From NCBI GenBank assembly GCA_002269645.1, contig NIVC01000006.1, positions 62,001 to 126,000 on the forward strand: a stretch of DNA of 64,000 nt, written 5' to 3'. The position numbers were made by a program, and so were the translations under genes. Under the pieces are notes generated by a model, which was given only the letters and a program-made list of their open reading frames with translations, was not told the DNA's origin and did not search any database. The DNA is from Macrostomum lignano. Lineage: Eukaryota. Below are positions 34,201 through 46,200 of this stretch, one piece after another. Position 1 is the stretch's first letter; every line of letters begins with the position of its first letter.

Positions 34201-37200
34201 CTAAGGGGTGAGATTTCGCACCGGGACTAACAATCTAAGGGGTGAGATTTCGCACCGGGATTAACAATCTATGGGGTGAGATTTCGCACCGGAACTAACA
34301 ATCTAAGAGGTGAGATTTCGCACCGGGACTAACAATCTAAGGGGTGAGATTTCGCACCGGGACTAACAATCTAAGGGGTGAGATTTCGCACCGGGATTAA
34401 CAATCTATGGGGTGAGATTTCGCACCGGAACTAACAATCTAAGGGGTGAGATTTCGCACCGGGACTAACAATCTAAGGGGTGAGATTTCGCATAGGGATT
34501 AACAATCTATGGGGTGAGATTTCGCACCGGGACTAACAATCTAAGGGGTGAGATTTCGCACCGGAACTAACAATCTAAGGGGTGAGATTTCGCACCGGGT
34601 TTAACAATCTAAGGGGTGCGATTTCGCACCGGGACTAACAATCTAAGGGGTGAGATTTCGCACCGGGACTAACAATCTAAGGGGTGAGATTTCGCACCGG
34701 GACTAACAATCTAAGGGGTGAGATTTGGCATAGGGATTACCAAATCTCAGGGGTGAGATTTCGCATCGAGATGATAAAATAAATTTGCCGGCCTCCGCAT
34801 TCCGCAGGCCAAGAAGAACAACATTCCGCTCAGTCGGCAAGACCAAATCGACACTCAGCAAGTCGGCGAAGAGATCAAACGATTAAGCCAGGAGTCGGAC
34901 AGCCTGCGAGCTCGCCTAAAAGATTGCGGCTCTGGCGGCGCCGGCGCCAGCCAGTGGCCGGCCGGGTCCAGCAGGGCGCCAATGTCGGCGCCGCCGCTCC
35001 CTCAACCTCAGCAGCAGCAGCAGCAGCCTCTTCTGCGCTTCCATCCTCAGCACCAGCCGCAGATTATGGCCGGCGATAATAATCCTTTTAGCGAAGCTTT
35101 CCAACGTCAATTGGTGCAGCAGCAGCAGCAGCACCCTGACAGTAGCAAAGATGGACATTTGATGCCTCGTCCAGGATTTCAGCAGCTTCCAGAGCAGCAG
35201 CAACAGCAATTTGCTGCACCTCGCCTGGTAGTTCAGGGACCGCCGCCGCCGCCGCCGCCAGGCTTCCACCGCCAGGTGTCCTATCCATCCGGCTACATGG
35301 TGGCGCCTCAGTCGGCAGCTGAGCACCAGCAGCACCTGCACCAGTCACCGCATCTTCATCCGCACTTTCACCGGCCTCCGTTGCCACCGCCGCCACCGCC
35401 GCCTCCTGCGCCACCGCAGTTTCAGCACAATCAGCAGCAGCAGCCTCAGTTGTTGCACTTTCAGCCACCAGCTCAAAGAGCTTTTCAGCAGCAGCAGCAG
35501 ATGCAACACCATCAGGCTGTGCGAGGTGAGATTCTGGAGTGGCTAAATCTCTGGGATGAGATTCTAGAGTGGCTAGACCTCTGGGTGAGATTATAGAGTG
35601 GCTAGATCTCTGGGGTGACAATCTGGAGTGGCTAGATCTCTGGGTGAGATTCTAGAGTGACTAAATCTCTAGGGTGAGATTCTAGAGTGGATAAGTCTCT
35701 ATCTCTGGGGTGAGATTCTAGAGTGACTAAATCTCTGGGATGAGATTCTAGAGTGGCTAGACCTCTGGGTGAGATTATAGAGTGGCTAGATCTCTGGGGT
35801 GACAATCTGGAGTGGCTAGATCTCTGGGTGAGATTCTAGAGTGACTAAATCTCTAGGGTGAGATTCTAGAGTGGATAATTCTCTATCTCTGGTGTGAGAT
35901 TCTAGAGTGACTAAATCTCTAGGGTGAGATTCTAGAGTGGATAATTCTCTGGGGTGAGATTCTAGAGTGGCTAAATCTCTAAGGTGAGATTCTAGAGTGG
36001 ATAATTCTCTGGTGTGAGATTCTAGAGTGGATAATTCTCTGGGATGAGATTCTAGAGTGGCTGAATCTCTAGGGTGAGATTCTAAGAGTGGATAATTCTC
36101 TGGGGTGAGATTATGGAGTGGCGAGATCTTTGGGATGAGATTCTAGAGGGAATAGCTCAGCCTAGACTTATCGCACTCTGATTCCCACAAGAGTTTCTGC
36201 ATCTCGCATTCTCTCGCCCCTCATCTCTACCCGCATTCGCTTGCCGCAGCCGATTTTGAGCAGCCAAGGTCAGTCGGCCTTCTGCCCCAGCATCAGCCAT
36301 CGTCAGTGTCCATCAGCGTGGCAGCCTCCGTCGGCGGGCATGTCGCTACGACAATGACGACAAACAGCGGGCAACCGCTGTCCGCTGCATCTGCCGACTC
36401 CGCCGATGCCGCCGCTTCAACTGCGGCGCCAATGTCCGACGAGAGCATCGGCAAGCTCAACGAGACCTTCGACACTGTGCTGAGAAATGCTTCGGCAGCT
36501 GCCGAGGTCGGTGGCGGCGCATCGACTGCCTACCTGGCCGATCCGTCCAAAGCCGACGTGCTGGACAAATTCCATCGCCAAAATCTTGCCGGCGGCGCGA
36601 CGTCGCCTTCGTCAAAGAAAAAGCGTACCAGCGCCGGCGGCAAAGCGGCGACGCCGTCGACTCCGACGCCGCCTCTGTCGCTGTCTGCGTCGATGCCGTT
36701 AGGCGAAGGTGGCTCGGCCGTCTACGACAGCTTGAAGCAGCGCCTGGCTGAACAGCGATTGGCTGGGCCGATGCGAACTTTGCTGCAGGATCCGAAGGTT
36801 TGAGATGAGCAGTGGCGCCTACTGCTGTAGCTCTGGGGACTGAGGGGTTTGTAGCTTCAGTGGCTGAAGGGTTTGTAGCTTCAGTGGCTGAAGGGTTTGT
36901 AGCTTCAGTGGCTGAAGGTTTTGTAGCTTCAGTGGCTGAAGGGTTTGTAGCTTCAGTGGCTGAAGGGTTTGTAGCTTCAGTGGCTGAAGGTTTTGTAGCT
37001 TCAGTGGCTGAAGGGTTTGTAGCTTCAGTGGCTGAAGGGTTTGTAGATTCAATGGCTAAATGTTTTTTAGCTTCAGTGGCTGAATGGTTTGTAGCTTCAG
37101 TGGCTGAAGAGTTTGTAGCTTCAATGGCTAAATGTTTTTTTGCTTCAGTGGCTAAATGGTTTGTAGCTTCAGTGGCTGAAGGTTTTTTAGCTTCAGTGGC

Positions 37201-40200
37201 TGAAAGGTTTGTAGCTTCAATGGCTGAAGGTTTTGTAGCTTCAGTGGCTGAAGGTTTTGTAGCTTCAGTGGCTGAAGGGTTTGTAGCTTCAATGGCTAAA
37301 TGTTTTTTAGCTTCAGTGACTGAATGGTTTGTAGCTTCAGTGGCTGAAGGGTTTGTAGCTTCAGTGGCTGAAGGGTTTGTAGCTTCAGTGGCTGAAAGGC
37401 TTGTAGCTTCATGGGCTGAAGAGTTTGTAGCTTCAGTGGCTGAAGGGTTTGTAGTTTCAGTGGCTGAAAGGCTTGTAGCTTCATGGGCTGAAGAGTTTGT
37501 AGCTTCAGTGGCTGAAGGGTTTGTAGTTTCAGTGGCTGAAAGGCTTGTAGCTTCAATGGCTAAATGTTTTTTAGCTTCAGTGGCTGAAGAGTTTGTAGCT
37601 TCAGTGGCTGAAGGTTTTGTAGCTTCAGTGGCTGAAGGGTTTGTAGCTTCAGAGGCTGAAAGGCTTGTAGCTTCATGGGCTGAAGAGTTTGTAGCTTCAG
37701 TGGCTGAAGGTTTTGTAGCTTCAGTGGCTGAAGGGTTTGTAGCTTCAATGGCTAAATGTTTTTTAGCTTCAGTGGCTGAAGGTTTTGTAGCTTCAGTGGC
37801 TGAAGGTTTTGTAGCTTCAGTGGCTGAAGGGTTTGTAGCTTCAGTGGCTGAAAGGCTTGTAGCTTCATGGGCTGAAGAGTTTGTAGCTTCAGTGGCTGAA
37901 GGGTTTGTAGTTTCAGTGGCTGAAAGGCTTGTAGCTTCATGGGCTGAAGAGTTTGTAGCTTCAGTGGCTGAAGGGTTTGTAGTTTCAGTGGCTGAAGGGT
38001 TTGTAGCTTCAATGGCTAAATGCTTTTTAGCTTCAGTGGCTGAATGGTTTGTAGCTTCAGTGGCTGAAGGTTTTGTAGCTTCAGTGGCTGAAGGGTTTGT
38101 AGCTTCAGTGGCTGAAAGGCTTGTAGCTTCAGTGGCTGAAGGTTTTGTAGCTTCAGTGGCTGAAGGGTTTGTAGTTTCAGTGGCTGAAAGGCTTGTAGCT
38201 TCATGGGCTGAAGAGTTTGTAGCTTCAGTGGCTGAAGGGTTTGTAGTTTCAGTGGCTGAAAGGCTTGTAGCTTCAATGGCTAAATGTTTTTTAGCTTCAG
38301 TGGCTGAAGAGTTTGTAGCTTCAGTGGCTGAAGGTTTTGTAGCTTCAGTGGCTGAAGGGTTTGTAGCTTCAGAGGCTGAAAGGCTTGTAGCTTCATGGGC
38401 TGAAGAGTTTGTAGCTTCAGTGGCTGAAGGTTTTGTAGCTTCAGTGGCTGAAGGGTTTGTAGCTTCAATGGCTAAATGTTTTTTAGCTTCAGTGGCTGAA
38501 GGTTTTGTAGCTTCAGTGGCTGAAGGTTTTGTAGCTTCAGTGGCTGAAGGGTTTGTAGCTTCAGTGGCTGAAAGGCTTGTAGCTTCATGGGCTGAAGAGT
38601 TTGTAGCTTCAGTGGCTGAAGGGTTTGTAGTTTCAGTGGCTGAAAGGCTTGTAGCTTCATGGGCTGAAGAGTTTGTAGCTTCAGTGGCTGAAGGGTTTGT
38701 AGTTTCAGTGGCTGAAGGGTTTGTAGCTTCAATGGCTAAATGTTTTTTAGCTTCAGTGGCTGAATGGTTTGTAGCTTCAGTGGCTGAATGGTTTGTAGCT
38801 TCAGTGGCTGAAGGTTTTGTAGCTTCAGTGGCTGAAGGGTTTGTAGCTTCAGTGGCTGAAAGGCTTGTAGCTTCATGGGCTGAAGGTTTTGTAGCTTCAG
38901 TGGCTGAAGGGTTTGTAGCTTCAATGGCTGAAAGGCTTGTAGCTTCATGGGCTGAAGAGTTTGTAGCTTCAGTGGCTGAAGGGTTTGTAGCTTCAGTGGC
39001 TGAAGGGTTTGTAGCTTCAGGAGCTGATCTTTTAGCTTTAGCTCTTCCACCTTCATACCAACCTACCAACCTCGCAATCGCAATCGCCAATATTGTTTGC
39101 AACAGGTGTACACAGACCTGCGCCTGCTGTTGCCACCCGGAACCGGGTCTCTGGGCGCCTTCTTTGCCAGGCCTGACGGTTCAGTGGGGCGATATCGCTC
39201 CCAGGCGTCCCAGCCGGGAGGCGTCGAGCTGGGCCGATACAGCCTCAAACCGTACAGCTGTTCGGGGCATCCTTCTCATAAATTGCTGCTGGCCAACATC
39301 CCGGATGTTCTGACCAGCTCCGTGCCTCAACCAGCCGATGAATTGATAGCTCCGGTTCAGACTCGCAGCGAGCTGCTGTTACCTCTCGGCGATTCTTGCG
39401 GATCCGAATCCAGTATCCCGTGCGCCGTTGCGGTGCCGCCGGATTTCGGCGAAGACACAGACGATGTCGCTGAACGGATTGTTGAACGGCTGTTGGCATC
39501 TCTGGAGCCCGAGGCGGAGCCCGAATCGCCTAGGGCTGGCACACCTCAGCTGCCCGGCTTCTGCTCCGGTGAGCTCTGCTTTGGGATTAAAAATCGCCTC
39601 TGATAATCCCTCTGAACTGCTTCCGATAATCCCCTGAACTGCTTCCGGTAATCTCTCTGAACTGCTTCCTGTAATCTCTCTGAACTGCTTCCTGTAATCT
39701 CTCTGAACTGCTTCCGTAATCTCTCCTGAACTGCCTCTGATATCCCTCCTGACCTGAACTTTCTCTGGTAATCCCTCCTGAACTTTCTCTGATATCCCTC
39801 CTGAACTTTCTCTGATAATCCCTCCTGAACTTTCTCTGATAATCCCTCCTGAACTTTCTCTGATATCCCTCCTGAACTTTCTCTGATAATCCCTCCTGAA
39901 CTTTCTCTGATATCCCTCCTGAACTTTCTCTGATATTCCTCCTGAACTTTCTCTGGTAATCCCTCCTGAACTTTCTCTGATATCCCTCCTGAAATTTCTC
40001 TGATATCCCTCCTGAACTTTCTCTGATATCCCTCCTGAACTTTCTCTGATATCCCTCCTAAACTTTCTCTGATATTCCTCCTGAACTTTCTCTGGTATCC
40101 CTCCTGAAGTTTCTCTGGTAATCCCTCCTGAACTTTCTCTGATATTCCTCCTGAACTTTCTCTGATATCCCCCCTGAACTTTCTCTGATAATCCCTCCTG

Positions 40201-43200
40201 AACTTTCTCTGATAATCCCTCCTGAACTTTCTCTGGTAATCCCTCCTGAACTTTCTCTGATATTCCTCCTGAACTTTCTCTGATATTCCTCCTGAACTTT
40301 CTCTGATATCCCCCCTGAACTTTCTCTGGTAATCCCTCCTGAACTTTCTCTGATATCCCCCCTGAACTTTCTCTGGTAATCCCTCCTGAACTTTCTCTGA
40401 TAATCCCTCCTGAACTTTCTCTGATAATCCCTCCTGAACTTTCTCTGGTAATCCCTCCTGAACTTTCTCTGATATTCCTCCTGAACTTTCTCTGATATCC
40501 CCCCCCTGAACTTTCTCTGGTAATCCCTCCTGAACTTTCTCTGATATCCCTCCTGAACTTTCTCTGATAATCCCTCCTGAACTTTCTCTGGTAATCCCTC
40601 CTGAACTTTCTCTGGTAATCCCTCCTGAACTTTCTCTGGTAATCCCTCCTGAACTGTCTCTGGTATCCCTCAACTAATTCAAATACCCCAAATGCCCCCC
40701 CCAGAGTCCGTTGCCGTTGTTGCCGACGCTGCGGAAGATTCCATGGACACAGAGGCCAACCTGACGGACACCACCGACACCGGAGTGGCCGGGTCGCCAG
40801 CCGACCATCAGGCAGACGAAGACCAGGTCAGCGCCGACTCTCCAACAGTGCAGAGCGGGCAGCGAAATGGAGTTTCAACTCTAAGCGGCAATGTTATGCG
40901 CTCCCTCACCCGCCTGCTCGGGTTGGATTTCAACAGCCAACTGGAGCAGCTCATCCATCGGAATAAAAAGCACCGATTGAACTCTGCCAGAGACTCAGCC
41001 AGGCCTGCCATCGCCGCTCCGCCGCCGGTTCCGCCGACGCGTAGGCACGCCGAAGACGCGGTGACTGTGTCGTCGTTAATCTCCGCTAAGCAGCCTGTCG
41101 TATGCGCCAGGTGCGACCTGCCGATATTGTCGGCGGCTTCGGCTGTGCGGTGCCGTTCGAATCAGTTGGCTACCGACACTGCTGGAGCCTCTCTTGGCGA
41201 TGATCTTTCCAATTCTACTACTGCTACTACTACTAACCAAGTAGTAGCTCAAGCGTCGCAGCAGCAGGATGAATTGCTGTTCTGCAGTTCGCATTGCATG
41301 TCGTTGCATTCGAGGTCGCTCGCCGATGATGCCCAGCTTCCTGGTAGCGGAGGAAAGGTACGAATGTACTTTAGATAGGTCCCAATGTCCTTGATAGATC
41401 CCACCGTCTCTAGATGGGTCCCAGTATCCTTGATGGATTCCAGCGTCTCTATGTAGGTCCCAATGCCTCTAGGTTAGTCCCAATGCCTCTTGATAGGTCC
41501 CAATGCCTCTAGGTTAGTCCCAATGCCTCTTGATAGGTCCCAATGCCTCTAGCTAGGTCCCAACGTCTCTAGGTAGATCCCAATGCCTCTAGCTAGGTCC
41601 CAACGTCTCTAGGTAGATCTCAATGCCTCTAGATAGGTCCCAATGTCTCTAGATAGGTCTCGATGCCTCTAGATAGGTCCCAATGACTTAGGTAGGTCCC
41701 AATGCTTCTAGGTAAGTCCCAATGCCTCTATGTAAGTCCAATGCCTCTATGTAAGTCCCAATGCCTCTAGATAGGTCCAGAAATCTGACCCCCTTGATCC
41801 GCAATGTACTCTCCACTACAGGTATATACTTAGCAAATTATCGAGTCAAATCCCATATTTTCAATCTCGCCATCCCTGCAAATCTCCACCCCCTACCGGC
41901 AGCGTTCGGACGATTGGCTTGGCATTGCGAGCGAGCTCCGGCCCCAGCTCTACGTTGGCGACGACGATCAGCCGACCTCCGTCCCGGTGCTGCTGCAGCC
42001 GTCAGCCCCTGGCAACCGGGCGCGACAGCACCTGTTGGATCGGCCGCCCAGCCAGGCCCTGGGCGCCACCATCATCGGTATTCGGGCCGCCGCAGCGGCC
42101 GGCCTGGTGTCGCCCGCCTCTATCGCTCCGCCTTTGAGCTCCTTGGCTGCGACTGCGGCCTCCGCTCAATCGGCCGGCTTCTTTGGCGGCAATACCTCGT
42201 CGGCGTCCGCTGCCGCCGCCGCCGCCGCATCCGCCGCCGCGCTGTCTCGACGTCGAAGCTTGTCGTCAGCCGCGTCGACCCTGGATGGCAGCGGCGGTAT
42301 CGGCGGCGGCCTTTCTGAATCTTCCGGCGGCGGCGGTGTGCCAACTAAGAAATGGAAAGGGCTGCGCTGGCAAAAGTTCGGGCCGGATTTCCGGCCGGCT
42401 CAAGAGTACAGGCCGATGTCCGAGACCGAGATTGAAGAGGTGAGTTTTAATATCGAGATTTGCTATAGCTGAGATTTGGGTGGCGCACTTTAGTTCTAAA
42501 TATTGATTTTCTTATTGTAAGTTTGGGATTTCCCTATTCTGAATATTGTGATTTCCCTATTCTAAATATTGGGATTTCCCTATTCTGAATATTGGGATTT
42601 CCCTATTCTGATATTGGGATTTCCCTATTCTAAATATTGTGATTTCCCTATTCTAAATATTGATTTTCTTATTGTAAGTTTGGGATTTCCCTATTCTAAA
42701 TATTTGGATTTTCCTATTGTAAGTTTGGGATTTCCCAGTCCTAATATTGGGATTTCCCTATTCTAATTTTAGGATTTCTCTGTTGTAATGTGAGGATTCC
42801 CTATTCTAATATTGGTATTTCCCAAAAAGGGATTTTCTAAGTCTCACCGTTGGATTATCTATTCCAAAATTTTGATTCTCCAATTTCAAAACTGAGATTA
42901 CCCTACAAAAAATCAGGATTCCCGATTCTAAACTTCAAGTTAAAGAAAGTCTAGCTCCAGGCTTTGCCCTTCCTTCTGCCTTCTCCAGCTTCTCTACCGT
43001 CGCGGCCAGGCCATAAAGGCGCCAGCCGGCCTGGCCGACTACCGTCGCTGCGTGCTCTGCTCCGAGGCTGGCGACCTTCCGGCCGACGGCCCCGGCCGCC
43101 TGCTGAACCTGGACGCCGGGCGCTGGGTTCACCTCAACTGCGCCCTCTGGTGCTTCGACGTTTACGAAACCGTCTCCGGCGGCCTGGTGAATGTGGACAT

Positions 43201-46200
43201 CTGGGTGCAGCAGGCATTGGGAACCCTGTGCAGCCACTGCGGCAGGCTTGGGGCCGGCCTGGTCTGCTACCGGCCAAAGTGTCCGGCCGTGTACCACCTG
43301 GCCTGCGCTCTCAAAGCCAACTGCATGCTGTTCACCGACCGGGGCATGTACTGCGCCGCGCACCGGCCTAGGGAGCATCACATGCAGCTGCACAGCTTGG
43401 CCGCTATTCGCCGGGTCTACATCAGCAGGGACGAGGGCGCTCAGGTACGGCCCGGGTGACGGCTTCCGTTCCCCCTGATCCTTTGAGTACAGAGTCTTGA
43501 GTTGCTTAGCAATCCATTATCTAACCTAAGTTAATCTCAAATGCTCTAATCGTCATGACTGTTGGTTACTTTGAATTACCTAGCTAATCCCTTAGTAGGT
43601 CACCTGACTCACCTAATCCCTTAGTAGGTCACCTGACTCACCTAATCCCTTAGTAGGTCACCTGACTCACCTAATCCCTTAGTAGGGCATCTGACTTGTC
43701 TAATCACTTGGTAGTCTTAGTAGGTCACCTGACTCACCTAATCCCTTACTAGGTCACCTGGCTCACCTAATCCCTTAGTAGGTCACCTGACTCACCTAAT
43801 CCCTTAGTAGGGCATCTGACTTGTCTAATCACTTGGTAGTCTTAGTAGGTCACCTGACTCACCTAATCCCTTAGTAGGTCACCTGACTCACCTAATCCCT
43901 TGGTAGGTCACCTGGCTCACCTAATCCCTTAGTAGGTCACCTGACTCACCTAATCCCTTAGTAGGTCACCTGACTCACCTAATCCCTGAGTAGGTCACCT
44001 GACTCACCTAATCCTTGAGTAGGTCACCTGACTCACTAATCTCTTAGTAGGGCATCTGACTTGTCTAATCACTTGGTAGTCTTAGTAGGTCACCTGACTC
44101 ACCTAATCCCTTACTAGGTCACCTGGCTCACCTAATCACTTAGTAGGTCACCTGGCTCACCTAATCACTTAGTAGGTCACCTGACTCACCTAATCCCTTA
44201 CTAGGTCACCTGGCTCACCTAATCACTTAGTAGGTCAGCTGACTCGCCTAATCACTTAATAAATCACCTGACTCATCTAATCACTTTGTAGTTCACTTGA
44301 CTCATTTTGATCTTCAAAATTCCTACAGTAGGTCACATAACCTCAAGCTGGCACTGATTTTCATCTCTCCCATCCAACACAGGTGGCCGCCGCGCTGCTC
44401 TCCGACCACCCGGAAGAGACCAGCCTGCGGATTGGATCGCTTGAATTGCACCGTCTTGGCCAGCTGCTGCCGGCTCAGATTGCCAGCGGCCAGTTCCACT
44501 GCAGCCGGCACATCTACCCTGTCGGCTACTTGGCCACCAGGATCTACTGGTCCTGCCGCTACACCGCCGTTCGCTGCCGCTATCTTTGCCGAATCGACGA
44601 GCGCGAAGGCGCCCCCGAGTTCAGCGTCACCGTGTCCGAGACCGGCCATCCGGACGAGTCGTTCACTTCGGACACCTGCGACGGTGTATGGCGTCCTCTG
44701 TTGACCCGGATTCACAAGCTCAGATCCTCGGCCGGCCTCATCAACATGTTCCCCGATCACATCACTGGCGAGGACCTGTACGGCTTGACCGAGCCAAACA
44801 TTTTGCGCGCAGTCGAGTCTCTGCCGGGCCTGGACGTGTTGAAAGACTACGCCTTCAGGTTCGGCCGGATGCAGCTCATACCGGAGATGCCGCTGGCTAT
44901 TAACCCCACCGGCTGCGCCCGCTCCGAGCCCAAGATGAGGACCTACTTTTGCAAGTGAGTCTGTCTAGCTGAAAAGGCGACCTAGCTGCCGTTCCTGGCT
45001 GCTGGTAGGGGTTGCGGGTTTATGGTTGAGGTTTAGGGTTTATGGTTGGGTGTAGGGTTTATGGTTGAGGTGTAGGGTTTATGGTTGGGTGTAGGGTTTA
45101 TGGTTGAGGTGTAGGGTTTATGGTTGAGATGTAGGGTTTATGGTTGAGGTGTAGGGTTTATGGTTGAGATGTAGGGTTTATGGTTGTGTGTAGGGTTTAT
45201 GGTTGGGTGTAGGGTTTATGGTTGAGGTGTAGGGTTTATGGTTGAGGTGTAGGGTTTATGGTTGGGTGTAGGGTTTATGGTTGAGGTGTAGGGTTTATGG
45301 TTGGGTGTAGGGTTTATGGTTGAGGTGTAGGGTTTATGGTTGGGTGTAGGGTTTATGGTTGAGGTGTAGGGTTTATGGTTGAGATGTAGGGTTTATGGTT
45401 GAGGTGTAGGGTTTATGGTTGAGATGTAGGGTTTATGGTTGTGTGTAGGGTTTATGGTTGGGTGTAGGGTTTATGGTTGAGATGTAGGGTTTATGGTTGG
45501 GTGTAGGGTTTATGGTTCAGGGCTAGTTGTATGGTCCACCGCTAGGGTTTATGGTTCAGGACTAGGGTTTATGGTTCAGGGCTAGGGTTTATGGTTCAGG
45601 GCTAGGGTTTATGGTTCTGGGCTAGGGTTTATGGTTCAGGGCTAGGGTTTATGGTTCTGGGCTAGGGTTTATGGTTCTGGGCTAGGGTTTATGGTTCAGA
45701 GTTAGGGTTTAAAGTTTAAAATTGAGGTCTCTTGTTTAATGATAGTCGGTTTATGTATGTACAATAACATGATGAAATTCAGTTGAATTCAGAAACGTTA
45801 TCACACTTAATCAGACGATCCATGCTAATGCATTATTAACGGCATTTACCCGCAGGTCGCACGCTCTACAGACAGTGTCCTCAGCCCGGGGTCACCCGTC
45901 GCAGTCCGCCGCATCGCATCCGCATCACCATACTCATCTCGCGCACCATCACCAGCCAGACTCCCTTGCGCAATCGGCCGCTCCCTACTCTAAGCAGTAC
46001 AGCCACTCCAAGTCCTCTCAGTACAAGCGCCTGCGCACCGAGTGGCAGCAGAATGTCTACTTGGGCCGGTCCCGCATCCAGGGCCTCGGCCTGTTCGCCA
46101 CTAGGGACCTGGAGAAGCACTCCATGGTTATCGAGTACATCGGCGAGGTTATTCGCAATGAGATTGCCAACAAGAGGGAGAAGCTGTACGAGTCGCAGGT

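Noticed and set aside
22282-36702. Numerous short alternative-frame and antisense ORFs over KMT2 exons
   Set aside because: Expected shadows of GC-rich, low-complexity coding sequence.
36812-39313. 833-aa plus-strand ORF (VASVAEGF)n as an alternative KMT2 exon
   Set aside because: GTG start, lies in an intron whose flanking exons join in phase without it, and the hydrophobic repeat is implausible in a nuclear linker.
39546-40673. 375-aa minus ORF (EKVQEG/RKFRRD) and its twin at 55252-55853
   Set aside because: Frame-switching translation of a 22/23-bp array.
45015-45715. Interstitial telomere
   Set aside because: TAGGG occurs within a 20-bp unit, not as tandem TTAGGG.
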